Assembly: GCF_009914755.1 (NCBI RefSeq)
Contig: NC_060928.1
Strand: one strand, 5' to 3'
DNA length: 64,000 nt
Source of the DNA: the human T2T-CHM13v2.0 reference genome, Homo sapiens
Shown here: positions 1-14,800 of the stretch, piece by piece
Numbering within the stretch: the stretch's first letter is position 1
Layout: the number at the start of each line of letters is the position of its first letter
Position numbers and translations under genes: made by a program
Notes under the pieces: generated by a model
Told to the model about the DNA's origin: nothing
Database searches by the model: none
What the model saw: the letters and a program-made list of their open reading frames with translations, nothing else

Positions 1-1350
1 TATATTGAATATCTTTTATATATATTTATTTGTTATCTGTATGTTTTCTTTGATGAAGTGTCCTGATTTTTACTCATTTTAAAATTCAGTTGTTTATTGT
101 CTTATTGTTGAGTTTTAAGAGTTATTTGTATATTTTGGATAGTAGTTTTTTATTGGATATGTTTCACAAAGATGTCCCTATCTGTTGCTTGTCTCTTCAT
201 TATCTTAACAGCATCTTCACAAAGCAGAAGTTTTTAATTTTAGTCAACTCTAACATTTCATTCTTTCTTCCAGGTATTGTGTTTTTGGTGTTATATCCAA
301 AAAGTAATTGGTAAATCCAAAGTGATCCATATGTACTCCTAAACTATCTTCTAGACCTGCTAGAGTTTGGTATTTTACATTTAGATCTATGATTTACTTT
401 GTTATTTTGTATAAAAGGTGTAAGTTCTGAGCCTAGATTTATTTTTTTTTTTGCACATGGATTTCTAGTTGTTCCAGAAACATTTGTTGAAAGAGCTGTC
501 CTTTATCTGTTGAATTAATTTTGCTTCATTGTCAAAGACTAGTTGACAATATATTTGTGGAACTATTTCTGGCCTCTCTATTTTATTCCATTCATCTATT
601 TGTCTATACTTTCACAAATACTATTTTGTTTGCTAGTAAGTAACTTTATAGTAAGTCCTTAAGTCAGGTAGTAGTGCCAGTCCTCTGACATTTATGTATT
701 TGGTATTGTGTTGCCAATCTATTTATTTTACTATTTCATATAAACTTTAAAACTTACAAAGTAACTTTTTGGTGTTTTTATTGGGTCTGCATTAAATCTG
801 TTAATCAATTAGGAAAAACTGACAATATAAAAATATTGACTCTTCCTATCCATGAACATGGAATATCTATTTAGATCATTGATTTTGTATGTATTTCTTT
901 GTACATATTTTGTTAGATTTATAACTAAGTATTTTCTTTACTTTGGTGCATATGTAAGTGTTGTTGTGTTTTTAACTGCCAAATACATTAACCTTTTATC
1001 CCACAATCTTGCTGTAATCTTTTATTAGTTCTAGACACTTCTCAAATTTGTATATTATTTGAGATTTTCTAGTTAGACAAATCCAGAAAATCTGTCATCT
1101 GTCAGCAAATATATCTGTCATGTGTGAACAAAGACAATTTTATTTCTTCCTCCCTTATCTGCATTCCTTTTGTTTCCTTTTCTTATCCTTTTGCATTAGC
1201 TAGGATTTGTAGAATGATGCTAAACGGTAGTGGTGAGAGGGGACATTTTTGCTTTGCTATTGATCTTCTTGGAATAGCATCAAGTTTCTTATCAATAATT
1301 ATGACTTTATCTCTAGGTTCTTGTTTTTCTCTTTTTCTGCCTTTTGTATA
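1..1350 (-). mobile_element. Old L1 (L1M-type) ORF2/3' region fragment
   Basis: T-rich antisense L1 motifs, e.g. agcagaagtttttaatttt, ctagttgttccagaaacatttgttgaaa, cttcctatccatgaacatggaatatct, gtggtgagaggggacat. Highly diverged. Confidence 0.8.
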
Positions 1351-1794
1351 AATTGAGCATTTTTGTATGATTCCATTTTATCATTTCAATAGACTTATTA
1401 TCTATACTTCTTTTTGAATAGAAGTAATTTTTAGGTATTAAAAACATTTTAGTAATATAATAAAAATTATAATTTATTAAAAGATTAAATATTATAGAAA
1501 ACTTATCATATAAAAAGTGACATTCTTTCCACCTTCAAAGAATAAACTTTAATTACCCTGACTCATCACTTGTAAAAACATCCAAGTAAAAGCAATATGA
1601 TACCTGCATGCTTTTCAGATATGCTTCTCTGATATATAAAGAAAATTAGAAACATTGTTAACACATGAAAAGTAGTTAAACTATCAGTATGCAACACTAT
1701 GAATAACTTCTCTTTTCAGATTTCTTGGAGAACCCTGGAAATTATTTGAGGTAACCTGTATTTCCATATATTTGTTGAAACCAAACATATTGTT

Positions 1795-2230
1795 TACAGT
1801 ACAGCTTAACTTGTCTTGACAAAGAATCTCAAAATATACATGGCTCAAATAAGAAAAGACTTATCTTTTTAATTATTAATACTTAGCAGTCCAGAAAAAG
1901 TGAAGCTGTAGCTTCATGAGCTCATTAAGTGTTTCCAACTTTGAAGCCTGTCACTCCACCTTCCTCAGAGTGGTGCCCTTATCTACATAGTCAAAGCTGT
2001 TGTCACTATCACAAAAATATTTCAGCCTCCAAGAAAGAAGAAAGACAGTGAGGGCCAAGGGAAAATTATCTCAGAGTTGCTTGCTTTTCTTCTACTCACA
2101 TTCCACCCGTAAGAACTTAGCCACATGGCCATATGTAGTTGCAAGTCAGGCTGGGAAATATGCTGTTTGGCTGAAAAGCCATGTTGCATAACTAAGACTT
2201 ACAAGCAAAGGGTGAGGTGTTTCTATGGCA
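1795..2230 (-). mobile_element. Old MaLR LTR (MLT1J/K/L-like)
   Basis: Contains the MLT1 motif gaacttagccacatggccatatgtagttgcaagtcaggctgggaaat. Ends are uncertain. Confidence 0.6.
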
Positions 2231-2300
2231 AAATAAATAAAATAGGATAGTAGAACAAATACAATAATGACATTGAATGCTTAATTTTATAAAACGAGTA

Positions 2301-2770
<470 letters not shown>

Positions 2771-2976
2771 TGTTTATATATATTTAATAATAGAAAAACA
2801 ATAGAATTGTATCAGTTGATGTCACTGTAAGATTAATTTTCTATTATTTACTTAGTGGTAAAGATTAAACTTTGAAATGTTAAATTATATTCTGTATTTT
2901 AAATTCTCTGTACAATGGAAATCAGGTAATATATTAAAGCTTTATAGCAGAGTATCCAGAAAGAGGAGTAGGAATA

Positions 2977-3406
2977 CAGACAGTCCCAACTTACAATGGT
3001 TTACCTGACAATTTTTCAGCCTTATGGTGATGCAAAAGCAACATGCATTTGGTAGAAATTCTACTTCAAATTTTGAATTTTGCTCTTTTTCCAGGCTAGC
3101 AATATGTGGTATGATTCTCTCTCAGGATAATGGGCAGTAGCAGTAGGCCACAGCTCCCAGTCAGCAGGTGATCACAAAGATAAACAACCATATGATATCT
3201 GATACTTTATTATAAAATAGGCTTTGTGTTAGAAAATTTGCCCAATTTTAAGCTAACATAAGTGTCTTGGGAACATTTAAGGTAGCCTAGGCGTAGCTAT
3301 GATGCTGGGTATGTTAGTTGTATTAAACATATTCTCCACTTACAATATTTTCAACTCAAGGTGGGTTTATCTGGGTGTAACTGCATTGTAAGTTGAGGAA
3401 CATCTG
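2977..3406 (-). mobile_element. MER47-like (Tigger-derived) non-autonomous DNA transposon
   Basis: Terminal inverted repeats cagacagtcccaacttacaatg / cattgtaagttgaggaacatctg. TA target duplications at 2975-2976 and 3407-3408. Confidence 0.85.
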
Positions 3407-4879
3407 TAGTAGTATTACTGTTACTACACAAATATGAACACATGTAAAGCCTGCAGGTAATACCTATCAAGATTGACTAAGGCATCAGTTATGTACTATC
3501 TGTAAAGTATCTAAGGACTTACGGCACACTCGAAATTGAATATCAAATCTCAAAAATGAGCCAAATTATACAGAACAATTATACTATTATTTGTTTTGCT
3601 GTAGAATTTTCTTGGTTTTTATTTATGCTTACAACATTAGCAAAGATTAAAGCTAAAAGCTTTTGAAAATATGTATGTGTACTTCTGTGTGTGTATACAT
3701 TCACCCACATGGAGACAAAATATCTAAACTAGTTTGTTCTAACAAAGGTAAATGTGCCACAGATCACTGAAAAGATTTAATGAGATTAAATCAAATTAAT
3801 TATAACTGTATCTATGGCATTAAATCCCCCAAACTGCCTCCTGGCATTGCAGAGACCTTGGCATATGTGAGTTTAGGTCACAGTACTCAAAATCAAGAAG
3901 CTGACAGGTTAGATTTTCTTCCTGAGATTTCGCTCATTAGCCATACCAGAATATTTAGTACATCAGGCCACTCAGCTTGAATTCCCAAACAACACATGAC
4001 TTTGGAATATGATCCCTTGATAACTCATTGAAAGTGTCTAAATACATGTACCTGGCATAATAGGCCAAGGATGACAATTTAGGCAGAAGAAATTGTTTCT
4101 CCTCTGTCACATATTTTTGACACATTTACAAATTGCTAACAGCAGCTTCAGATTCCATTTTTTACTTTTTTTTTGTTGCACTACTATCAACTGGGTTCTA
4201 TTCACGTATTAAATATTTTTTAGACATTATAATATCCTTTTGATTGGTTTCAAATTGAATGAAAATATTTACAGAAATAAAAAATCTTTGCATTAATTAG
4301 AAGATAAAGCAACATTTTCTTAAGCCACTGATATTTTTACACATATTTATTATTTTAATATTGATTTATGATTTTTGTCTCTTTATCATTATAGAGTTTT
4401 AAGTTAATGTACTGCTTTTTTTCAGAATATGTTTAATGCTCCTTAACCACTCTAAAGAAAAGATGGGCTATTTAAGAATTTACATCTGTTCTAAACTCTA
4501 TCTATTACAAAGAGGTGGAAATAAAATATTCTGCACACTCTTAGAAAACATATAAGGTAATTTAGAACGCAATCCAAAAAATGCATGACATTGTGAGTAT
4601 TGTATATGAGTGTCCCAATCTGTTTAAAATCTGTTCCCCATATACTGTCAAACAATATATTCTCTTTTTTTTTTTTTTTCCAAATGGTCTTCAGCGTGCT
4701 CAATGTTTACTGAGGGCAGGGACAGAAGCAAGCAAGCACGGCAGCTATCAGGGGTGAGGGCAAGTTTCTCCCATTTTGCTCCCACATTTAATAAGTGTTC
4801 TTTTCAGAAAAGTTGGACAATATTCACAAGTAGAAATGAATACTTTATATTCTTATGGATATATGTAAAATTTCTCTTA

Positions 4880-5323
4880 CGATAATTTATAAATATACTT
4901 TTTTTATAAATTTGGACCATATTATAACTTACTTGACAATATCTCATAAATGTACTTCCATGTCAAAATAGACATAGGTCATTTTAATGAATGTTATTCT
5001 ATCATATAAATAAAATAATTCAGTTAGCCATCTGCTATTGCTGAACATTTAGGTTATTAATTGTTTTCAAATAAGCAGTGATAAACATTCCTTTACATAT
5101 ACTTTACATAGCTATTCAGTTATTTTCTTATAATATATTCCACATAGTAAAATGCTGATTCAAAAGGTGTGTGTGCGTGTGCGTGTGTGTACATACACTT
5201 TTTCAAAAAGATCATTAGACACATAGGACCAATCTAGGAGAGGGCTTGTTTCCCCATGTTTTCCTGGACTGATTCCTCTCTCTAAATTTTTGGTAATTTG
5301 ATTGATGAGAAAATGGAAGTGCA
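4880..5323 (-). mobile_element. L1ME-like 3' fragment
   Basis: Diverged antisense L1 3' motifs (ctgaacatttaggttatt, gtgataaacattcc, aatttgattgatgagaaaatgg). Confidence 0.6.
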
Positions 5324-6197
5324 TTTTTTTTACTATGCTTAAAGTTCTGGGGTACATGTGCAGAATGTGAATGTTTGTTACATAGGTATACATGTGCCAT
5401 GGTGGTTTGCAGCACCCATCAATCCATCATCTACATTGGGTATTTCTCCTAATACTATCTCTCCCCTAGCCCCCCAACTGCCGACAGGCCCCGGTGTGTG
5501 ATGTTCCCCTCCCTATGTCCACGTATACTCATTGTTCAACTCCCACTTATGAGTGTGAACATGTGGTGTTTGGTTTTCTGTTCTTGTGTTAGTTTGTTGA
5601 GAATTATGGTTTCCAGCTTCATCCATGTCCCTGCAAAGGACATGAACTTGTCCTTTTTATGGCTGCATACTATTCCATGGGGTATATGTGCCACATTTTC
5701 TTTATCCAATCTATCATTGATGGGCATCTGGGTTGGTTCCAAGTCTTTGCTGTTGTGAATGGTGACACAATAAACATACGTGTGCATGTGTCTTTATAGT
5801 AGAATAATTTATGATCCTTTGGGTGTATACCCTGTAATGGGATTGCTGGGTCAGATGATATTCCTAGTTCTAAATCCTTGAGGAATCACCACATTGTCTT
5901 CCACAATGATTGAAGTAATTTACATTCTCACCAACTGTGTAAAACCATTTCTATTTCTCCACATCCTCTCCAGCATCTGTTGTTTCCTGACCTTTCAGTG
6001 ATCACCATTCTAACTACTGTGAGATGGTATCTCATTGTGGTTTTGATTTCCATTTCTCTAATGACCAGTGATGATGAGCACTTTTTTCATGTTTGTTGGC
6101 TGCCTAAATGTCTTCTTTTAAAAAGTGTCTGTTCATATTCTTTGCCCATTTTTTGATGGAGTTGTTTTTTTTCTTGTAAATTTGTTTAAGTTCTTTG
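5324..6197 (-). mobile_element. L1PA (L1PA7-like) 3' end; non-inverted part of a 5'-inverted insertion
   Basis: Short poly(T), then aagttctggggtacatgtgcagaa... The minus-strand ORF 5536-5787 gives ORF2 C-terminal FMSFAGTWMKLETIILNKLTQEQKTKHHMF. Confidence 0.95.
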
Positions 6198-8709
6198 AAG
6201 TAAAACACTCTTCAGCAAATGCAAAATAATGGAAATCATAACGAAGTCTCTCAGAACACAGTGCAATCAAATCAGAATTCAGGATTAAGAAACTCACTCA
6301 ATACTACACGACTGCATGGAAACTGAGCAACCTGCTCCTGAAAGACTACTAGGTAAATAATGAAATGAAGGCAGAAATAAATATGTTCTTTGAAACGAAT
6401 GAGAACAAACACACAATGTACCAGAATCTCTGGGACACATTTAAAGCAGTGTGTAGAGGGAAATTTATAGCACTAAATGCCCACAAGAGAAAGCAGGAAA
6501 GTTCTAAAATCAACACTCTAAAATCACAATTAAAAGAACTAGAGAAGCAAGAGCAAACAAATTCAAAAGCTAGCAGAAGACAAGAAATAACTAAGATCAG
6601 AGCAGAACTGAAGGCGATAGACATGAAAAACCTTCAAAAAATCAATGAATCCAGGAATTAGATTATTGAAAAGATCAGCAAATAGATAAACAGCTAGCCA
6701 GACTAATAAAGAAGAAAAGAGATAAAAATCAAATAGACACAGTAAAAAATGATAAAGTGGATAGCACCACAGATCCCACAGCAATACAAACTACTATCAG
6801 AGAATACTATTAACACCACTGTGCAAATAAACTAGAAAATCTAGAAGAAATGAATAAATTCCTGGACACATACACCCTTCCAAGACTAAACCATGAAGAA
6901 GTCGAATCCTTGAATAGACCAATAACAAGTTCTTAAATTGAGGCAGTAATTAATAGCCTACCAACTGAAAAAATCCCAGGACCAGAGGAATTCTCAGCCA
7001 AATTCTACCAGAGGTACAAAGAGGAACCGGTACCATTCTTTCTGAAACTATTCCAATCAATAGAAAAAGAGGGAATCCTCCCTAACTCATTTTATGAGGC
7101 AAGCATCATCCTGATACCAAAACCTGGCAGAGGCACAACAACAAAAAAGGAAATTTTAGGCCAATATCCCTGACGAACATCAATGTGAAAATCCTCAATA
7201 AAATACTGGCAAACCGAATCCAGCAGCACAACAAAAAGCTTATCCACCAGGATCAAGTCAGTTTCATCCCTGGGATGCAAGGCTGGTTCAACATATGGAA
7301 ATCAATAAGCATAATCCATCACATAAATAGAACCAATGACAAAAATCCCATGATTATGTTAACAGATGCAGAAAAGGCCTTCGACAAAATTCAACAGCCC
7401 TTCCTGCTGAAAACTGTCAGTAAACTAAGTATCGATGGAACGTATCTCAAAATAATAAGAGCTATTTATGACAAACCCACAGCCAATATCATACTGAATG
7501 GGCGAAAACTGGAAGCATTCCCTTTGAAAACCAGCACAAGACAAGGATGCTCTCTCTCACCACTCCTATTCAATATAGTATTGGAAGTTCTGGCCAGGAG
7601 AAACAGACAAGAGAAAGAAATAAAGTGTATTTGATTAGGAAAGGGTAAGTCAAATTGTCTCTGTTTCCAGATGACATGATTGTATATTTAGAAAACCCCA
7701 TCATCTCAACCCACAATCTCCTTAAACTGATAAGAAACTTCAGCAAAGTCTCAGGATACAAATCAATGTGCAAAAATCAGAAACATTCCTATACACCAAA
7801 ACCAGACAAACAGAGAGCCAAATCATAAGTGAACTCCCATTCACAATTGCTACAAAGAGAATAAAATGCCTAGGAATCCAACTTACAAGGGAAGTGAAGG
7901 ACCTCTTCAAGGAGAACTACAAACCACTGCTCAAGGCAATAAGAGAGGACACAAACAAATGGAAAAACATTCCATGCTCATGGATAGAAAGAATCAATAT
8001 CGTAAAAATGGCCATACTGCCCAAAGTAATTTTATAGATTCAATGATATCCCCATCAAGCTATCATTGGCTTTATTCACAGAATTGGAAAAAACTACTTT
8101 AAATTTCACTTGGAACCAAAAAAGAGCCCGCATAGCCAAGACAATGCTAAGTAAAAAGCACAAAGCTGGAGGCATCACGCTACCTGACTTCAAACTATAC
8201 TACAGGGCTACAGTAACAAAACAGCATGGTACTGGTACCAAAACAGATATATAGACCAATGGAACAGAACAGAGGCCTCAGAAATAACACCACACGTCTA
8301 CAACCATCTGATCTTTGACAAACCTAACAAAAACAAGCAATGGGGAAAGAATTCCCTATTTAATAAATGGTGTTGGGAAAACTAGCTAGCCATATGCAGA
8401 AATCTGAAGCTGGATCCCTTCCTTACACCTTCTACAAAAATTAACTCAAGATCAATTAAAGACTTAAACATAAGACCATAAAAACCCTAGAAGAAAACCT
8501 AGGCAATACCATTCAGGACATAGGCATGGGCAAAGACTTCATGACGGAAACAGCAAAAGCAATGGTAACAAAAGCCAAAATTGAAAAATGGGATCTAATT
8601 AAACTAAAGAACTTCTTCACAGCAAAAGAAAGTATCATCAGAGTTAACAGGCAACCTACAGAATGGGAGAAAATTTTTGCAGTCTATCCATCTGACAAAG
8701 GGCTAATAT
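6198..8709 (+). mobile_element. L1PA ORF2 segment (end of endonuclease through RT), inverted part; disrupted
   Basis: ORF fragments [78 protein letters not shown], with stops and frameshifts. Confidence 0.97.
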
Positions 8710-8929
8710 AGTCTCCTTTCTTAAGTGAGGCAATCAGAAAGGACTACTTTCAATCTCATACTACTGTAACAGTGAAATAATTGTGTCTTTTCTCCACTCT
8801 TTCTCCAATTATAATAAAAGACATATATCTTTTTAGGTCAAAGGTAATTTTTTTATTTGTGTTTTGGGACTGTTTTTCCCCACTCTGGAACACCACTGAC
8901 AAAACTTTCTCATATATAATCAATTATTT

Positions 8930-9960
8930 CTCATTAGGGGCATCTTCCCTTTAACACATAAAGAGATACACATCAATCCATTACACAAATAAACAAAAAC
9001 AGCAATGACAACAAAACAAATTATCTCCAACTATAATGTCTCTTCATACTAACAATCATAATTACTCAAAAAGCTTTTACATTTCTTGTTGCCTCACCTT
9101 ATTACACAACTCCGTATATTCTATGATCTGTGCTGCCGCCCAAATTTAAATTATTTTTGCAAGAATTGAAAATGATTTCAGTATTACTAGTTAAGTGTGA
9201 ACTCCTCAGTCATTTTTCTAATTGCTCTATTAGAAGCAACTTAGTTATTCTTTCTCAGCTTTTCATACCTTGACTGTTGTCACACCACTCTCCTGATTAG
9301 TATTTTTTAATTCAATTGTATCCTTGAAGACTCTATATGGATGACCCACAGGGAACTTAAAAATGATGCCATCCCACTCTCAATAAATCAGTTATTGTGT
9401 CTGCTTTGAGGCCACTATATGCCCAGTTGCCAAAAAAAACTCTGCCTCTTTGTTGATCCCATCTTTTTATCCCAAGGCTATATCAAAGCATCCATCAAAA
9501 CTACTCTTATATTTTCTAAACATTATTTAAATACCTCCACTGATATCTATCACCCAGTTGCTGTCTTTATTTAAATGTTTTATGATCTCGCTTAGTCCTG
9601 TATAATCTCTCTTATATGACTTCCTATCATAATGATTTCTAACACCAATATAATTTTCTCACTGTACATCTAGTAGTCTTTCTAAAGTTAAAATGAAACC
9701 TTGTGATTTCACTGTTTAGTGGCTTTCCATTTTCTCTTGTTCAACTCCAATTTTGAAATATTGTATTGAATTTCTTGAATATCTAGGTATGGTTGATGTC
9801 TACAGATTTTCTAATGTTCTTCTCTACATTTGAAATACATCAATAACTCTCCTTCAGATAATCCTCCTTCTACCAATTCTCAGTTGCTGATAAGTACAAC
9901 CTTAAGCTGTAATGATTCCAACTTCCACTTTCACAAGCAAACTTGTTTTTCCCCCAAGAT
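8930..9960 (+). mobile_element. L2 LINE remnant
   Basis: Pyrimidine-rich, diverged L2 motifs (ctcctcagtcattttt, cacaccactctcctgatt, gtttagtggctttccattt). Confidence 0.55.
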
Positions 9961-11350
9961 ACTGTCCTACATTTACTGTAGCATCTTAGTAACTTAAGAA
10001 GAGTAAAACTGTGCTAATATTTTAGTAGCTTTCTTTATTTTTATTTCTGTGTGTCACTAAAAAAGTGTTTAACTGTTATGTCTTAGTTCCAATTTTCTCC
10101 AAACATTTATGGTTATTACCACATGATTTTGCATTTTGTTATAATTCTTCCAAATGCATAGATTGCATTATAGGAGAACTGACTATGCTATTACTTATGT
10201 CATATTATATAGGATAAATAATATGCTTAGCAAAGATCTATAGTTTTTTCAATGACATATAGTATTGTAGAGCTGGGATAGAAATGCAAGGAAGCTTGCT
10301 CAAAAATATATTCGTCCCAAAAGTCATTATTAAAATTCATATATTGTCACCATTATGTCCTTGATATTTAACAAGGAAAAAGATTTTGTTAATTGAATGA
10401 ATAAACAAATGAACAGAAGATGTTAAGTAAGAAGTATGAATATATTTAAACATATATCTTAAGTTATTTTTCCTTTTGTGAGTTATTTGGTAATATATTT
10501 GATGTTGTGAATTAAGAATTTGAACCATTGTGTATCATTAAGTGAGAAAAAAATAGAATATTGCATATAACATGATACTACCAGCTATTTTATATAAATG
10601 ACATACACACATATAGGTAAAAACAAAAACTGTTAATTAACGTTTTTATTTTTCAAAATCATGTATCATTTTGAAGTATGTGTAACATTGTAAAGAAACA
10701 GCATGAACTCTCATTTATTCAGTTTTTGTCTGTTTTATTTAACCTCCAAGGGCAGACAACACTTTTTAAGACATTTGTTGAAGATAATTCAGGTTATTTG
10801 CTTTAAGTATTTCACATGTGACAAAGGATTTTTGCCTCAGAGAATGACTGTCATGTTCAAGGCAATACATTTCTCATAAAATAAATTATAAAAGAATTAT
10901 GTTTTCTATGATGATTATAATCATACTGCTATATACTTTAAATTTTAAATATTTATATGATTATTTACTCCCAAAATACATTTTGTTGAATTTTCAAAAG
11001 AAAATATTAAATTCTCCAAATATTCAAGTGTTCATAATAAGGAACTTAATTAAATAATTTACAATTAAATGTAAAAACTAAATGCACTGTAAAATAGATT
11101 TTCGCTGGCATAATGTTATTTTCCAAGGAAAGAGTAATCATTATTTGTTTATCAAGAAATTTTCATATGTAAATTTTGTTGAGGAATTACTTATACACGC
11201 TTATCAGCACTTTTTAATTAATCTTTTGATAAAACTGCTAGTTTCTATTTTAAAGTATACTAATAGAGAAGAATGATTTAAGCAAAACAGAGAATAACTT
11301 TCTTACTTATTAAGAAAGAGATTTTGTGTAGTCCCTGGATGTTAGGTAGC

Positions 11351-11923
11351 TGTGCTAGTTAATTTTTACATGTCAACTTGACTGGCTTAAGGGATAATTC
11401 AATAACTGGAAAGCATTATTTCTGAGTGTGTCTGTGAGGGGTGCTTCCAGAGGATGTTGGCATTTGAGTTGGTAGACTGAGTAGGGAAGATCTGCCCTCC
11501 ATATGGCTAGGCACTAGGCAATCGACTGGGGGCCTGACTAGCACAAAAAGGCAGGGGAAGGGCAAATTTTTGCTGTCTTCTGGAGCTCGGCCACTCATTG
11601 TTTCTTGCCTTTGGATGTCGGAACTCCAGATGCTCTGGCTTTTGGACTGTAGGATTTGCACCTGTAGCCCCCTGGGCTATTGGGCCCTTAGCCTTAGATT
11701 GAGAGTTATGCCATCTGGTTTGAGGTTTGGGGACTTTGAAACAGGCTATCGGCTTCCCTGGTTCTCCAGCATGTAGATGGGCTATTGTGAGACTTCTCAG
11801 CCTCCGTAATCATGTGAGCCAGTTCCACTAATAAATTCCATCTCATCTATTTATCTATCTGTCTATGGGATACATATATCCATCCTACTGGTTCTGACTC
11901 TGTAGGAAACCCTGGCTAGTACA
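11351..11923 (+). mobile_element. MLT2 (ERVL) solo LTR
   Basis: Starts tgtgctagttaatttttacatgtcaacttgactgg and ends aaaccctggctagtaca. 5-bp TSD gtagc/gtagg; internal aataaa. Confidence 0.9.
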
Positions 11924-12832
11924 GTAGGTAATATAAATTAGCAGTTCCTCTGATAGGCCTTACCATAGCACAGAAATGATTTGCCAAATTAGATTTGTTT
12001 ATGCTTTACTGAAATATTATAACAACAAGACTTTGCAGAAATCCCAACGGTAAGTGGGAATACATTTAATGAAGCAATATTATAGCATAGTAAGAGAGTT
12101 TCATTTAATTTAAAAATTTATAAATTATGAGATTTTTTTCCCAATTCATAGTTCAAATATTGAACAATTCAACAACTTTAAGTAGGATACCTAGACAATT
12201 TATTGTTTTATTTCTAGCAGCCTCACGCACATAAATGATACAAAAAGAGTCGAGAATATTTCTACCATGATCATTCCTCTGTGTGTGTGTGCATGAGTGT
12301 GTGTGTGTGTTTCTGTGTGTACAGGCTTTTACAGCTATTAGAGTTATTAAGTCCTAATAGCTGTAATAGTTTTCTTAAGTAAGTTGAGGTATTCCCTTTT
12401 TAAATGCTTCAAGGTTGTTTGAATGAGTACTATGAAGTTGCATTAGAAATATTTAGTGTAAAACCAGACAAAAATGTGAAAGATTCCTAAATTATGTGTA
12501 TTTTTAAAGTCTGTAAAAGTTAAGATCTAACATTACAGGAAAGATATACATAGAATTCAAAATAGTCCTCTATTAAGAAGATTAATTGAATCTATTGAAA
12601 TGATAAAATAACCTATGTGGAGGTTAGCAGATCTTAATTATCTACTCTTGTCTCTTCAGCATACTACTTAAACAAAAAGATAAAAATTGTGCTGAATGTT
12701 TCTCTCTAGATATGCCATCTTGGCTAATAACAACTTCAGCCCACAGAGAAATCATCCCACAAAATTTTGGGATGGTGACTTCCATTTTCTTAGTGGACAT
12801 CTTTAAATTTGGGTGCTTAGAATTGAAGTTCA

Positions 12833-13135
<303 letters not shown>

Positions 13136-14029
13136 AGAATTGAAGATGATGATGATGATGATGAATAATTTGATTCAAACACAAAGCATCACTGTTCTTG
13201 TGTTGGGTCTTAGAAACATTCTGTGCTAGTATTTAAATTATACATTTGCTAGATTGAAGAAGAAAATTGAATATATGATGTATAATTTTAATTAAATTTA
13301 AATTTTTTAAGGAAACTTATTTACCCAAGTGCAAACTCCTCAAAGTTATATAAAGATTTATGAGTTTTATAGGGAATAATAAGGTTACTTAAATTTAATT
13401 TAAAAATTAAAAACATTGTTTAAAATTTATTTCAGTAAATGAAATATTAATCTTTAAAACAAAAGAAAGTGAAAAGGTTTTGTGCCCCAAAAGCTAACTT
13501 CAAATACAACAAAACATAGCTTTACAGGTAGGTTCAAAATACGTAATTTAAATTGATGCAATAATATCTCACATATTTAATTGTGTTCTTTTGATTTTTA
13601 TAACACTATTAATGAGTTTTTTAAATAGAAAAATGTATGATTAATTTTTTGGAATTTTGTATATTAGCCAAAATTAAATTTATTTGTTATTTGCTAGCAA
13701 ATTTGATAACTAAATGAGCAATAACTTTCTCCCATATTGTCATTGTTGCAAATTGTCTATTTCTAGGTGAACCTTTCTGGCCAAAATAACCCGCCGTTGC
13801 ATGTAAAGAGACCATGAGTTTTCTTATCATCTTTTTCAGATTTTGCTATCAGAATAATGCTGATCCTTGAGATAATTTTTTAAAATCCTGTTAGCTGTCA
13901 GTCAAATATCTGTACAACCATTTAGCAGAGTAACCAAGTTCTAGATGAATATACTCACCATTGAATAAAGTTTAGAGTTTATCATAACAAGAGCTATAAA
14001 AAGGGTAAAGAAACACTCTGTGCTGTATT

Positions 14030-14800
14030 TACAATGTAATTGGCACTGTGCTGTGAATTTAACATTTATTATTATAATCAATATTATTAACAACCTTAAA
14101 GAGCATGTAAGATTATTTTCTTGGCTTCAGTTTAGTTTTCTTGCATTACAAATCTGGAAATATAGTGACCTATAAAAACAATAATTTATAAGCTCCATGA
14201 AATTGCAGTTTGAATAGAGATAGGTATGGAAGGCTAATTTCTGCTTCATATAACATCAACTGGGACAGTTTGCCTGGGGACTGAAGAATTTAATTCCCAG
14301 ATACCTCATACACATGGCTGTCTCAATTGGTGCTCACTGTTGGCTAAGTGTTCAGCCACTGCTGAAAGCAAGGGGCTTATTTCCCCTTTACATGGACCTA
14401 ACTGTTTTTTTTCTTTTTCCTTTTTTTTTTTTTTTTTTTTTTGCCAGGGCTAGCGTTGGCTTCCACACAACATGTTTTGGATTTCAGGAGGAAAGATTCC
14501 CAAAAGAACCAGCTGGAGGCTTTTATGATCTAGCCTAGAAGTCACAAGTGGTCACATTCACCATTCTATGTATCTGTGGCAATCACAAAGACATACTCAG
14601 GATCCAGGAAACAGGATATTTAATCACTGCTTCATAGGGGCAAGATTAAGTAATAATGTAAGAAGAGCATGTAGGAAGGGAGATGAAAGTTGTAGTCATA
14701 CTGGAGCAAAACACTTCTCATTAAATATTGTGGGAACAGAGACTCAGAGAGGTAAAGTAACCTGCCCAAGTAACAAAGCTTAGCAACTAGGAGAACTGAA
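14030..14800 (-). mobile_element. MIR split by an old MLT1 LTR (LTR ~14125-14700)
   Basis: MIR halves ggcactgtgctg...aacaacctt and ggaacagagactcagagaggtaaagtaacctgcccaag. MLT1 motif ttttatgatctagcctagaagtcaca lies between them. Confidence 0.6.

Noticed and set aside
6365-8711. Functional reverse transcriptase gene
   Set aside because: L1 ORF2 fragment with many stops and frameshifts, truncated and inverted.
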